Origin: Eledone cirrhosa | Taxonomy: Eukaryota | Assembly: GCA_964016885.1 (NCBI GenBank) | Contig: OZ024742.1 | Coordinates: 255,998,001 to 256,062,000 of the forward strand | Reading direction: 5' to 3' | Length of the DNA: 64,000 nucleotides | In this document: piece by piece, positions 40,348 to 57,022 of the stretch | Layout of the letters: each line of letters begins with the position of its first letter | Position numbering within the stretch: the stretch's first letter is position 1 | Notes under the pieces: model-generated | Told to the model about the DNA's origin: nothing | What the model saw: the letters and a program-made list of their open reading frames with translations, nothing else | Databases searched by the model: none | Made by a program: the position numbers and the translations under genes

Positions 40348-40842
40348 CACACACACAAATTCAACACAGAGTAGAGAGTTTGACAAAAGGTCGGTGAATT
40401 TAGTCTAGATATGGTAATGACATGTGTAAATGTAAATGTGATGGTGGGGAGAGAGTGTAGACGTTATTGTGGTGGTGGAGGGCAGTGAGATGTATCTAGT
40501 TCATTTGTCAGTTTTCTTCTCTTTCCAAAATTTGAATTTTAGCCATGTTATATTGAGATGTAAGTAAATGTAAAATGTAAAATATAAGTAAGGATTGCTC
40601 TGGTAAAATATACGAAAATATTTGTGTAACTTCCACCAACTTCTGTCGTGACATTCCCGAGTCCAGTGACAAAAAGAATTGTTGTATTTTGAAGTTTCAG
40701 AATACAAAAATTAATTAAAAACTTACCCCACGAAAATACATACATACATACATATATACATACATACATATATATATACATACATATATACATACATATA
40801 TACATAAATATATATATACATATATACATATATACATACATA

Positions 40843-42450
40843 TGCCTCTCCTGGTCTTGATGGTGTTACGTACCTGCTTCTTAAACATGGTGGGTACTTC
40901 ATTCTGCACCAGTTATCACGCTTCTTCCAATTCTGTCTGAACAACGGTGCTACTCCAGAACAGTGGAAAACTGCCAGTGTCATTCCTCTGTTCAAAAAGG
41001 GTGACCGCACATCACATGTGAACTATCGTCCAGTCAGTCTTACTAGTTGCATCGCCAAACTGATGGAATCCTGTGCCAGAGAAACACTTTGGAATTTCTG
41101 GAGCTCTCACAGTCTTATCCGGCCCTCGCAATTTGGATTTATCCCCAACTCCAGCTGCTGTGATCAACTTATAGAGTTTCTTGAGGACATCACCCGGATC
41201 ACTGATGGCGGCTCATGGGTGGATGTTGTTTACCTTGACTTTGCGAAAGCCTTCAATTCTGTGCCACACAAAAGGGTTATGGCAAAACTCTCTGCAATGG
41301 GTGTGAAGGATGGTCTTTTTAACTGGTTGATGTCCTTAATTCTCAGTCAAAGAGAGGTAGTCCCGGTTCTGGGACAGCATTCCTCACGATATGAGATGTC
41401 ATCTGGTGTACCGCAGGGATCTGTTCTTGGCCCCCTTTTGTTTGTGGCATATATTAATGACATAGATGCCAACTTAAAGAATGCCACGGTACTAAAGTAC
41501 GCAGATGACATCAAGCTGTACCTTGAGATAAAAAGGATAGATCCTGAACACTATAGATCTTGCTTGCAGTCTGACCTGGACACAATGCAACAATGGATCT
41601 CAGACTGCCAACTCAAGCTAGCTGTGGACAAGTGCACCACCATGCATTTTGGGAGTAAAAACCCAGCGTCCACATACTCCCTCCACAGCACTAATATCAA
41701 GAAGTCTTCTTGTGACTGTGACCTAGGCATTACAGTCAGCAGCGATTTGCGTTGGACGAAGCACGTCTCTAACATTCTCAAGAGAGCCGAGGGTGTCTTA
41801 GCATCACTCAGCAAGACCTTTGTCAGCCGCTCTCCAGATATCTATTTAAGGCTGTACATCGCTATGGTGCGGCCACACTTAGAATTTGCATCACCAGTCT
41901 GGAATCCCTATCTTGCTCAGAACATTGACCGCCTGGAAACTGTTCAGAGACGTGCAACCAAGCGAATACCCTCCATCAGGCATCTACCATACTCTGAGCG
42001 CCTTGCTTCCCTGGGCATGGATACATTGAAGCTCCAACGCCTGGCAACTGACTTGATAAACACCCACAAAATTGTTAACCATCTTGCCAACAACTCTGAG
42101 TACCTTTTTTATTTCCATGTATCTAACACACGTGGACATGCCACCAAAGTCAGAAAACAGCACTGTTCCCATGATTTTCGGAAACATTTTTTCACGCTCA
42201 GAGTTGCTGAAGCATGGAACAAACTTCCTGCATTAGTTGTTAGCTGTCGAAACACTGCATCCTTTAAGGCCTCCATGCTTCCCGAGATCCGCCAACACTA
42301 CAGCTAATGTTCCCCCTCCATACACATACACACATGTATACCATGACTCATACACTATTCACTTCCGACATTTGTGTATTATTCCATGTACTATACATAC
42401 ACCTTTGACGAGTTGTAGTGCACCTGAGCACTTTACACAATAATTTCATT
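40843..42450 (+). mobile_element. CR1-group LINE, 5'-truncated, RT reading frame open, inserted in (TA/CA)n
   Basis: SPGLDG...WKTASVIPLFKKG, then ORF 41018-42307 NYRPVSLTS, YLDFAKAF, SGVPQGSVLGPLLF, KYADD, VRPHLEFASPVWNP, TRGH, FFT.RV..WNKLP. Confidence 0.92.
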
Positions 42451-42488
42451 AATATATATATATACATACATATATATATATATATACA

Positions 42489-42578
<90 letters not shown>

Positions 42579-42601
42579 CATACATATATATATATATATA
42601 C

Positions 42602-42638
<37 letters not shown>

Positions 42639-42676
42639 CATACATACATATATATATATATACATACATACATACA

Positions 42677-42756
<80 letters not shown>

Positions 42757-42856
42757 TATATACATACATGCATATATACATATATATATACATACATACA
42801 TGCATATATATATACACATACATACATATATACATATATATATATATACACATATA

Positions 42857-42926
<70 letters not shown>

Positions 42927-43050
42927 TATATACATATATATATACATACATGCATACATATATATATATACACATATATACATATATATATATATATACA
43001 TACATACCTACATATATACATATATATATATACACACATATATATATAGA

Positions 43051-43122
<72 letters not shown>

Positions 43123-43164
43123 CACATATATACATACATACATACATATATATACACACATATA

Positions 43165-43196
<32 letters not shown>

Positions 43197-43206
43197 GACA
43201 CATATA

Positions 43207-43258
<52 letters not shown>

Positions 43259-43293
43259 TATATACATATATACACATATATACATATAGATAT

Positions 43294-43354
<61 letters not shown>

Positions 43355-43411
43355 CACATATATACATATATATATATATACACATATATACATATATATA
43401 CACATATATAC

Positions 43412-43446
<35 letters not shown>

Positions 43447-43454
43447 TACATGTC

Positions 43455-46240
43455 CATAATTCTTTCTCAACAGAGGCTATGAACATAGTTACTAATGGAT
43501 ACTGCGAAGCAGTCACTGTATTCAGTCAAACCAACAACCTAATAGTAGTTGGGCTCTATAGGCCACCCCAAACGCCTCTACCATGCTTCAAGGAATGCCT
43601 CAACAGCCTAAAGTGTTTCATCCAAGAGTGTCACCCTGACAACATCTTAATGATGGGGGACTTCAACCTCCCCGGAGTTGACTGGTCCACAAACAGCCTG
43701 CCACCAGGTTCTTCTGCCTCAACCTCTGACAGGGAAGCAGTGGAATCGCTTCTTGCCTCCTTGGATGATTTCTTCCTGTCCCAACTGGTGCTCGAACCAA
43801 CGAGGTGCCACAAAAACGTCCTAGACTTAATTTTCAGCAATCACACTGACAATATCCACAATATTGCAGTGGAGAAAACTCTACTCTCTGATCATGACAT
43901 GGTTCTCTGTGATCTGAGATTCCACCGTCCAATATACAAACCCAATGTCATCTCTCCTGTCCGTCCGTTTGACGCTATGGATTTCCACAATGCAAACTGG
44001 GAAGCGATCAGTCATGATCTTGCACATGTCGACTGGTCCTTCACGCACACTCATACACCCACTAACATCAAAAAGTCCTGGCAGACATTTGTGGACACTG
44101 TTACAAACATATGTGCAAAAGACACCCCATTAAGAACTAGAAATAAATCTAAGAGCAGAATCCCTAAAAATAGAAAACGCTCATCAGGAAAATTAAGAGA
44201 ACTAACAAAAAAATCAACAAGCTGAAATATTGTCAGCAGCAACACATAAATTAGACTGCCATTTCATCACTAGAGATTAAAAAACATAACATCCAAAACA
44301 ATATGATGTCTATCATCAACAATCAGAGAAGAGCTGAAGAGGCCTTGTCCATTGAGAAGATCAAACTCAATCCCAAAGTGTTCTTTTCATTTGCAAAAAA
44401 ACACAAAATCACTGGCTCTACTGTTGGCCCTCTAATTGATGAAAATGGCACTCTTCAAGACAATGCTAAAACCATGGGTGAGATACTGCAGAAACAATAC
44501 TGCTCTGTTTTCAGTAATCTGGGCTGTATGGGCGATGTTACTCCCCATTACACCTTATCGGACATAACGTTTGGCGCCCCTGATGTCTTAGCGGCAATAA
44601 AGGAAATCAAGCATAATTCAGCAGTAGGTCCCGATAGGTTCCCTGCTTTTGTCTTGAAGGCCTGTCAATACCAACTTGCATCTCCTCTTGCCAATCTGTG
44701 GCGGAACTCACTGGATGCTGGATATGTGCCAGAAAACCTTCTATCCCAGTCTGTTGTCCCAGTTTTCATAAAAGGAAACAAATCCCTTGCCGTGAATTAC
44801 CGTCCAATCTCACTCACCTCTCATATCATTAAATTATTTGAGAGAGTGGTGAGATCGCGAATGACTCACTTCCTTGCGAGTAACAATATGTTGAACTCCA
44901 ACCAGCATGGATTCCGTAATGGAAGGGATTGTCTGACGCAACTACTGCATCACTTTGATAACATTTTGAGAGCCTTGGGAGAGGGTTCCAACACTGATGT
45001 TATCTACCTTGATTTCAGCAAGGCCTTTGACAGGGTTGATCACAATATTCTACTGAGAAAGCTGTCCAATATTGGTGTCACTGGAAAGCTGCTGCAGTGG
45101 ATCAAGAGCGTCCTGTCAAACAGAACCCAACATGTTTTAGTTGAAGGAGTCAAATCCAGCCCAGGCAAAGTCAGTAGTGGAGTCCCACAAGGCACTGTGT
45201 TGGGCCCACTTCTCTTCATCATCTATATTAATGACATCACTGACATCATCAAACACAGCAACATTAGAATTTTCGCTGAAGATTCCAAGCTCCAAAAGGT
45301 CATCAATGGCGTGGATGACCGGATAAGCCTTCAGTCAGACCTACTGGCTGTTACCCAATGGGCGGAAAAGAACAACATGTTACTGAACGAAGACAAATTC
45401 GAACTGATCCACTTTGGAAAAGAGGATGCTCTGAAACTCCCGTACTCCCTTCCCTCCGGTGAAACTCTCGTGGCATCTAACAACATCAGAGACTTGGGAG
45501 TAACCGTGGACAGCAACATAACCTGGGCCACGCATATAAGCCCCAAAGTTGACATGGCTCGCAGAATGTGTTTCTGGATCCTCAGAACCTTCCAGTCGAG
45601 AGATTCGCACACCATTATCCTTCTCTTCTCCACATTTGCCCGACCACACCTTGAATACTGTTGTCCACAGTGGCCTCCCCACACGAAACAAAGTATCATG
45701 AAACTTGAAGCTCCCCAAAGGGCAATCACGAAAAAGATAGATGGCTTGTCAGACCTTGACTACTGGGGTCGACTAGAAAAGCTGAAACTTTACTCACTCC
45801 AATGTCGCCGTGAGCGTTATATTATCTGCATGATGGGGAAAATGTTTCATCAGCACTGCCCAAATGATGTTGGCATCACCTTCAAAATACACCCAAGGCT
45901 TGGGCCCCGTGATATCTGTCCCAAACAAAAATCTAAATCGCAAACATAACAACAATACGGCACAATTATTTCACCTCAATTGGCCCTGCTCTCTTTAACA
46001 TCACACCAGGACACGTCAAAACAGAAACTGACCACACAAAATTCAAGAAGTCTTTGAACAAATTCCTCCAAGTAATCCCGGACAAACCAACCACACCCGG
46101 ATATGTCTCCGCAAACAGTAATTCTCTTCTCGAATGGGCCATGGTGCCCAAATTCTGAGTTGAAAGACTTCACCAAGTGGTGCTATTAAGTTATACATGG
46201 CCTGGGCCAATACTGGCCAAAACATTTCAAAGTTATTCAA
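43455..46240 (+). mobile_element. Second CR1-group LINE (APE + RT, frameshifted; catalytic motif FAED), inserted in (TA)n
   Basis: ORF 43479-44225 LYRPP, GDFNLP, PTR, LDLIF, SDH; ORF 44303-45949 NYRPISLTS, YLDFSKAFD, GVPQGTVLGP, FAEDSK, RPHLEYCC. Confidence 0.92.
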
Positions 46241-46526
46241 AGTTATATACATATATATATACACATATATACATATATATATACACATATATATATATAC
46301 ACATATATACATATATATATATATACACATATATACATATATATGTATATATATATATATATATATACATTTATATATATACACATATATACATATATAT
46401 ATATATACAAACATATATACATATCTATATATATATACACATATATACATATATATCTATATATATATACACACATATACATATATATCTATATATATAT
46501 ATATATACACACATATATACATATAA

Positions 46527-46557
<31 letters not shown>

Positions 46558-46916
46558 AATATATACACACACATATATACATATATATATATATATACAT
46601 ATATACACACACATATATACATATATATATATATATACATATATACACACTCATATATACATATATATATACACACATATATACACGCACATATGTATAT
46701 ATATATATATACACGCATATATACATATATATATACACACACATATATACATATATATATACATATATATACATGTATATACATATATATATACATATAT
46801 ACATATATATATACATATATATATATATATACATATATATATACATATATATATATACACATATATTCATATATATATATATACACAAATATACATATGT
46901 ATACACTCACATATAT

Positions 46917-47047
<131 letters not shown>

Positions 47048-47081
47048 CATTATATATATATATATAAATATATATATATAG

Positions 47082-47872
47082 AGGGTTCAGAATTCTATTT
47101 CAAAGAAGGACAACGTTTTATAGTAAAACACAATTTCACATGCGCATCAGAAAATCTAATATATGCATTAACTTGCTCAGGTTGTCGAGAACAATACATA
47201 GGCCAGACTAAAAACACCCTCCGCCAACGCATGACTGTCCATAGATCCCAAATTAAAATACGGGAATACAGAAAAATACCACTGAGTGAACACATTGATA
47301 CTTGTGCCGCCCAAAATCATCCCTACATTAGAATCTTTCCCATCTGCAAATTTAAACATAATGCCAGCCACACCCAGCGCATCAGCAAGGAATCTCACTT
47401 TATTAACAAATACGGACCCCGTCTAAACACTTCTTCCTAAGACGAACCCACAACATACACACGTCAACATACATACCTACATTAGCATACATCCTACATA
47501 TATTTCTATCCACATATAAACACAATGACATACGTAAACACACATGTTCTATGGTGCAACACAAATACACACAAATTTGCATACCTTTTGATGTTTATAG
47601 ATATAAATCCGCCGACACACACACATACATATACGCACACATGCATTGCACACTGATGGGCACATACATATTTGTACACAAGTATTCCCATAGGGCAGGG
47701 CCTAATGGATTCCCCTTGCAGTACGTACAATTTGGACACTCACACACACTCACACTTCTCCGTATAAGACAAGAGCAGAACAAATATCTTTCAACATGTT
47801 AAAATATCCCCCACACACGTTCACACACATTCGTACTGACCGAATTTATTCCCTCTACCACGAACCACTCTG

Positions 47873-47928
<56 letters not shown>

Positions 47929-48310
47929 TTGTCTTAAAAGACTTATTTTTCAGTCATTACTCAATCAACCGAGACAAACCTACATTTGGCGCAAAATCAA
48001 TTTTTCACATTCACATGACCTCTACTGGCCAATCAAAATTGTTTTGACCACAAGAATTTTTTCATACATCTGGAGCCACTTTTTTTTACATAAAACAGGT
48101 AGAATTTCCAAAACTAATCAGATTAGAGCAAACATCACGAGCGTTCTATCTCAGAATTATTTTTGAAAAGCATTAGAAATGCGTAACCGGTAAAAAGTTA
48201 AAACTAAAACTGAATACTAACCAATACTTATTACTAATTTATACTTATTCCTAATTAAACTATTTTTCACTGGGAAATATTTGTCACCATTTTCTTTTCC
48301 TTTTACTAAT
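47082..48310 (+). mobile_element. 5'-truncated PLE: GIY-YIG C-terminus plus 3' region
   Basis: 47082-47440 translates ...[41 protein letters not shown]...SEHIDTC...[17 protein letters not shown]. 48100-48310 is homologous to 61670-61870. Confidence 0.8.
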
Positions 48311-48369
48311 ATATCACAACTCATGATTTGCACCTCTATTTTTTAAAATATATATATACACATATATAT

Positions 48370-48448
<79 letters not shown>

Positions 48449-48543
48449 GATAGATATATATATATATATGTATATATATATACACACATATATATATATA
48501 CGCACACAAACATATATATATATACATACATATATATATATAT

Positions 48544-48580
<37 letters not shown>

Positions 48581-48790
48581 TATGTATATATATATATATA
48601 CATATATGTATATATATATATATACATATATGTATATATATATATATACATATATGTATATATATATATATATATATACATATATGTATATATATATATA
48701 TATATATACATATATGTATATATATATATATATACATATATGTATATATATATATATATACATATATGTATATATATATATATATATACA

Positions 48791-48880
<90 letters not shown>

Positions 48881-49113
48881 CACATATATATATATATACA
48901 CATATATACATACATATATATATATACACATATATACATACATATATATATATACACATATATACATACATATATATATACACATACATACATACATATA
49001 TATATACACATATATATATACACATATATACATACATATATATATACACATATATACATACATATATATATATACACATATATACATACATATATATACA
49101 CATATATACATAC

Positions 49114-49174
<61 letters not shown>

Positions 49175-49328
49175 CACACGGGTGTGTATGATTGTGTATA
49201 GAAGATTATATTAATAAAAGGAATTCCAACTTTCCCTGATTTACTCGTTTTATTTATGATCCTCCAAAATTTATAATGGTTTTAGAATGGAAAAGTATGG
49301 TAGAATCTTACATTTTAAGTGTTAATTG

Positions 49329-49363
49329 AACAAGTACTTTCATGCTGTCGCAATCTTCAGGTT
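49329..49363 (-). ncRNA. Minimal type-I hammerhead ribozyme (solo terminus)
   Basis: Minus strand AAC-CTGAAGA-TTGC-GACA-GCAT-GAAA-GTAC-TT-GTT, with palindromic AAGTACTT. Confidence 0.72.
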
Positions 49364-49425
49364 TATATTCTGTAGTGACAGTCATGTTTGCAATTATCAA
49401 CACTTGAAAATTGCAAACTTGACTG

Positions 49426-49512
<87 letters not shown>

Positions 49513-49530
49513 TAGATATATAGATATATA

Positions 49531-49646
49531 TAAGTTGAAAAAAAATGAAAACGAAATTTCATTTCTCACTCTTAGTATGGTACTTACTTAAATGTAAGTA
49601 TGTATGTATACGTGCATACATATATGTATACAGACGTACAGTAGCA

Positions 49647-49723
<77 letters not shown>

Positions 49724-50159
49724 GCATACAGATACAAATACATATATGCACGCATCAGTTTAGCCGACGTTTAATATAACGTCGCTTTGTTCGTTTGTTT
49801 GTCAACAAACCGTACAGCCTGAATTTATGCCATACGGTGTTAAGGCAAGCACGTCACGTTTTTGTTCAACACTGACACAGGAACGATGTATTAGTTTCAA
49901 GCTTGTTAGCTATCATCAGCACCGTTTACCTATCTGCCAGATAGTTGAACGTTCGAAAGTATATACTTTCCTTATGAAAATTAACGGCTGAGCAGCCTAA
50001 TTTGCATATTGAGTGAGTTAAATCGGTCAGGCATACCGAAAACGATAAGTTGAAAAAAAATGAAAACGAAATTTCATTTCTCACACTTAGTATGGCACTT
50101 ACTTAAATGTAAGTATGTATGTATAGGTACATACATATATGTATACAGACGTACAGTAG

Positions 50160-50222
<63 letters not shown>

Positions 50223-50660
50223 GCATACAGGTACACATACATATATGCACGCATCAGTTTAGCCGACGTTTATTATAACGTCGCTTTTTTCGTTTGTTTG
50301 TCAACAAACCGTACAGCCCGAATTTATGCCATACGGTGTTAAGGCAACCACGTCACCTTTTTGTTCAACACTGACACAGGAACGATGTACTAGTTTCAAG
50401 CTTGTTAGCTATCATCAGCACCGTTTACCCATCTGCCAGATAGTTGAACGTTCGAAAATATATACTTTCCTCATGAAAATTAACGGCTGAGCAGCCTAAT
50501 TTGCATATTGAGTGAGTTAAATCGGTCAGGCATACCGAAAACGATAATTTGAAAAAAAATGAAAACGAAATTTCATTTCTCACTCTTAGTATGGCACTTA
50601 CTTAAATGTAAGTATGTATGTATACGTACATACATATATGTATACAGACGTACAGTAGCA

Positions 50661-50735
<75 letters not shown>

Positions 50736-51099
50736 GCATACAGGTACACATACATATATGCACGCATCAGTTTAGCCGACGTTTATTATAACGTCGCTTT
50801 GTTCGTTTGTTTGTCAACAAACCGAACAGCCTGAATTTATGGCATACGGTGTTAAGGCAACCACGTCACCTTTTGTTCAACACTGACACAGGATCGATGT
50901 ACTAGTTTCAAGCTTGTTAGCTATCATCAGCACCGTTTACCCATCTGCCAGATAGTTCAACGTTCGAAAGTATATACTTTCCTTATGAAAATTAACGGCT
51001 CAGCAGCCTAATTTGCATATTGAGTCAGTTAAATCGGTCAGGCATACCGAAAACGATAAGTTGAAAAATATGTGCATATATGTATGCGTACTTGTATGC

Positions 51100-51172
<73 letters not shown>

Positions 51173-51624
51173 TGCTACTGTACGTCTGTATACATATATG
51201 TATGTACGTATACATACTTACATTTAAGTAAGTGCCATACTAAGAGTGAGAAATGAAATTTCGTATTCATTTTTTTTCAACTTATCGTTTTCGGTATGCC
51301 TGACCGATTTAACTCACTCAATATGCAAATTAGGCTGCTCAGCCGTTAATTTTCATAATGAAAGTATATACTTTCGAACGTTCAACTATCTGGCAGATGT
51401 GTAAACGGTGCTGATGATAGCTAACAAGCTTGAAACTAGTACATCGTTCCTGTGTCAGTGTTGAACAAAAAGGTGACGTGGTTGCCTTAACACCGTATGG
51501 CATAAATTCAGGTTGTTCGGTTTGTTGACAAACAATCGAACAAAGCGACGTTATAATAAACGTCGGCTAAACTGATGCGTGCATATATGTATGCGTACCT
51601 GTATGCATATGTGTACCTGTATGC

Positions 51625-51675
<51 letters not shown>

Positions 51676-51727
51676 TGCTACTGTACGTCTGTATACATAT
51701 ATGTATGTACGTATACATACATACTTA

Positions 51728-51730
<3 letters not shown>
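49531..51730. mobile_element. Tandem + inverted array of the ~500-bp non-coding hammerhead unit (3 head-to-tail units on minus, then ~1.3 units inverted)
   Basis: Unit boundaries at 49531, 50046, 50545 and 51057 (periods 515/499/512). Inversion at ~51068. HHRs at 49883-49925(-), 50382-50424(-), 50894-50936(-) and 51405-51447(+). Confidence 0.9.
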
Positions 51731-51777
<47 letters not shown>

Positions 51778-51936
51778 AATAAGTATGTTTTGAAACAGTG
51801 AGCAGGTTTGAAATTAGCTTTCACCGTATTTTTGACTAAAGGAATTTTAGCCTGATATACATATATATATATATGTATATATACACATATATACATATAT
51901 ATATATATGCACATATATACATATATATATATATAT

Positions 51937-51983
<47 letters not shown>

Positions 51984-52004
51984 TACATATATATATATAT
52001 GCAC

Positions 52005-52079
<75 letters not shown>

Positions 52080-52253
52080 TATACATATATATATATATAC
52101 ACATATATACATATATATATATATATACACATATATACATATATATATATATAGTAATAATAATAAATTTGAAGACTAAATTCCAAAGAGGGCTCGATAA
52201 GGATAAATATATATCAAATTCTTTGCTTAACCTTTAATCTGTTATTTTAATAA

Positions 52254-52326
<73 letters not shown>

Positions 52327-52334
52327 TAATATAT

Positions 52335-54300
52335 AAGATCAAAAGATGGTTAAAAGAGTTCCATGTATTTTATATTATGCGTATTACAAAAACAAATATC
52401 ATCATGCGATAACATTTGCGTTTTCGTCAGAAAAAATAGGGAGACATGATATGAAGGTTAAAAAACACTTGTGATTAGTGCAGTTTTAAATCAACATATG
52501 AAAAGTAGTTTTAGATTGATGTGTGATATTGGGAAATACATTGAGGGGGGGGGGGGAGGTTGAAAAAGAGGAAGAGATGAGATTAAAAAGTGGAGGGGGA
52601 GGAGTATAATGAGGAAGGATGAGATAGGAGTAGAGATGGGTGATAGAGAGAGAGAGATAGCTTTTATAACTGAGAAAAATATATTGTTTTACATAGAGAG
52701 GTTAAAAAACCGGTGGAAGATAATATATAAATTAAAAGAATTTGAAAATTAATGAAGAGAAAAATTTTAGAATAATGTTAAATTAAGCTTTGTATATTGA
52801 AGGGTTTAATAATATGTGCGATGAAAAGAAATTGTTAATATGTATTAAGAATAATATTTAAGGGTTTAATAATATGTGCGATGGAAAGAAATTGTTGATA
52901 TGTATTATTAAAATATATAAAAATATAGCAATAGTAATGTAATTAAGGATATATTGTGAAAAGAAGTAGAAGAGTGGATGAATAAGTGTAATATGTATAA
53001 GTTAGATGAGAATGAAAGGGAGAAAAAACTAATGAATTTAGGATGAATAATCTAACGTCAAAAAAATGTTTATGTTTACGAAAGATTTTTCAAGGTGACA
53101 TTATAAAGTAAGGATATATTGTGCTAAGTAATAATGAGAATTGAGAAGTATCTAGGAAGAAAAGGTACGGATTAGAGGTTAGAAATTAAAATAAAAATAA
53201 AAAAAAGAAAAGAAAAAAGGAAAAAAGAAAGAAAGGGAATTGATGAAGAGGAGTGATATAGAATGAGTAACTAGTATTATATAATGTATAATAAATAACA
53301 TTGAAATAAGGTAGAAATATGTGTATATTTTTAAAGAACTATATATGTATATATATATATATGTGTGCCTTTGAGAAAAGGATTTTAAATTGATAAAGTA
53401 TTAGATATTAGCTGTATACTGTATGGAATGTTCTGTGGAATTTATGCAAGCAGAAAGAAAATAAGTCAGTGCGTGTATTTATTATAGAATCTAAATTAGA
53501 CATAATGGTAAATTTTTCACATAAACAGTGATTGTATGTCTTGGATAGAGAAACATTCAAGTATGGAGAAGCAGAACAAACCTTCTTCCAAGAGATGTTA
53601 TAGTTAATATTTTTGTCTTTCAAGGACCATGAGTTCTGAGAGTGTCATGTTGGTTCTTTTAAGTTGGTATTTAAAAGACGAATGATGATTGTAAAGACGA
53701 GCTTTAAAGGAGGTGGAAGTGGAGCCAAAATAGGTAAAGGAATTGGTGTAAGTTATAACTTTACATTCGTAGATTAAGTTTTTTTCAAGACAATGGTTGT
53801 TGAGAGGACATTTATTTTTAACAGGGCAATTACAATTGCGATTAGAGAAATTAACAGAGTTATTAAACAAGTGACCTAGTGTTATCTATAGAAGGAATTG
53901 GAATGGAGAAGTTATTTACGATAGGAATAATAGTTTCTTGATTTAGAATGGGATTAAGAACATTTAACGAAGTTGCGTTTGACGTTGTATTTGTGTTTGC
54001 AGAAATTAGCCTAGAGTTAACAATGACGTTGGGAGTACTATTACTATTATTATGATATTCAGTGTTGGAAGGAAGAAATTTAGTATTTAGTATTTTATTA
54101 TTGTGTTTAGAGATAATGTTGGAGATGTTGGAGTAGGTCGAATAGGACAATTTTATAGTGTATTTGATAAATATTTTACTGTAGATATGTGAGGGAGGGA
54201 AGCATTTATTTAAGGCAGTAAAGAATAATTTAGGAATATTATTATTAATAGAGATAGAGAAAGGAGCATTATACCTGATTATGTTTTTGTATCTAGCTCT
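52335..54300 (-). mobile_element. Second, diverged and 5'-truncated copy of the PLE at 24900-28770
   Basis: ORFs 53863-54303, 53604-53870 and 53408-53623 align with 26015-26900. The 3' pseudo-LTR is homologous to 24900-25300, and its HHR (~52370-52435) has GAAA->GTAA. Confidence 0.9.
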
Positions 54301-54424
54301 CACCTCTTACATATATATACACATATATACATATATATATATACATATATACATATATATATACACATATATACATATATACAAATACATATATATATAC
54401 ACATAAACACATATATGTATATAT

Positions 54425-54467
<43 letters not shown>

Positions 54468-54536
54468 TACATCTATATATATATACATATATACACATAT
54501 ATATACATACACATATATACATATATATATAGAGAG

Positions 54537-55360
54537 AGAATTAGTACATCTACCAACATATGTGTACTTATGTACACTCATGCTAGCAAATATATAAGTT
54601 ATCTCTTAGTATCTTTGTGGTTCTATGCAGGTGAATGCAGAACAATTATATGAAAGACGTAAAATAAGAAAATTTTAAAAATTAAAAATTAACTTACTTA
54701 CTAAAATTTTCACTCCAACTAATTAGTTTCTGTAATGGGATAAATATAGTTACATAATATATATAACTATAGAGAATTCATTACGTCATCAGGGAGTCTA
54801 TTCTCAGCTAAGTTCCCAGGCAATGGTCGGACGCTAGGAACCCATATAAAAATAATAATTCAGTAGATGGAAAGAAGCTAGCGTGGACTAACTTCCGGAG
54901 CATTGAAAAATGTTCACTGTCTCTGGTCAGTGGCAGATTCTAAAGAATCAATCACGTGACACCGAGGTTAATCAGATAGGAGCAGCGGGGTGGTATTATG
55001 ACAAGAGCCTACTACTACCATGAAACAGCAGTAAATTTTGGCCAGTTTTGCTCAACAAATAATTTGTAGATAAATATAGAGAATTTAATACATCTAACAA
55101 TATGGGTTCCTAGTGTCCGCGCATTGCCTGGGAACTTAGCTGAGAATAGACTCCCTGATGACGTAATGAATTCTCTATAGTTATATATATTATGTAACTA
55201 TATTTATCCCATTACAGAAACTAATTAGTTGGAGTGAAAATGTTAGTAAGTTAATTTTTAATTTTTAAAATTTTCTTATTTTACGACTTTCATATAATTG
55301 TTCTGCATTCACCTGCATAGAACCACATAGGAACTAAGACAACTTATATATTTGCTAGCA
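54537..55360. mobile_element. PLE-type terminus with an inverted duplicate (arms ~54580-54847 / ~55100-55360), each arm with a hammerhead
   Basis: The arms are reverse complements. HHRs at 54712-54797(-) and 55150-55235(+). Homologous to 58280-58748. Confidence 0.85.
55150..55235 (+). ncRNA. Type-I hammerhead with extended, branched helix II
   Basis: ACTCC-CTGATGA-C-GTAATG-[loop with ATAGTTA..TAACTAT hairpin]-CATTAC-A-GAAA-CTAATTAG-TT-GGAGT. Confidence 0.8.
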
Positions 55361-55369
55361 TAGACATAC

Positions 55370-55642
55370 AATGTAACGGGAGGAAACAATAGCACCACTG
55401 ACGAAGTTGGAGATCTGCAACGAAAGAACTTTGATAAACTATATATATGTGTTTGTGTCTATATTGTATCTGTATTATTTTTGACCTGTGGTCAGTCAAT
55501 GGTAACATTGAGGACCTAATAAATTAGATTACCGATATAAAAGACACAGAAGCGAAAAGCGAAAACCAACCAAACAGTGAGTGTGTTCTGTTATTGATTC
55601 TGGCAATATTACACAAATATGACCCTCCCCAATTATAACAAT
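55370..55642 (+). mobile_element. Solo PLE-like 3' terminus with a hammerhead (55393-55436)
   Basis: CTGACGA-A-GTTG-GAGATCTG-CAAC-GAAA-GAAC-TT. Ends TGACCCTCCCAATTATAACAAT then (TA)n. Homologous to 20335-20615. Confidence 0.7.

Positions 55643-57022
<1,380 letters not shown>

Noticed and set aside
49531-51730. CRISPR-like or multigene interpretation of the repeated MKTKFHFS... ORFs
   Set aside because: Units are ~500 bp with no unique spacers and no cas genes. The ORFs run through (TA)n and are not conserved in frame.
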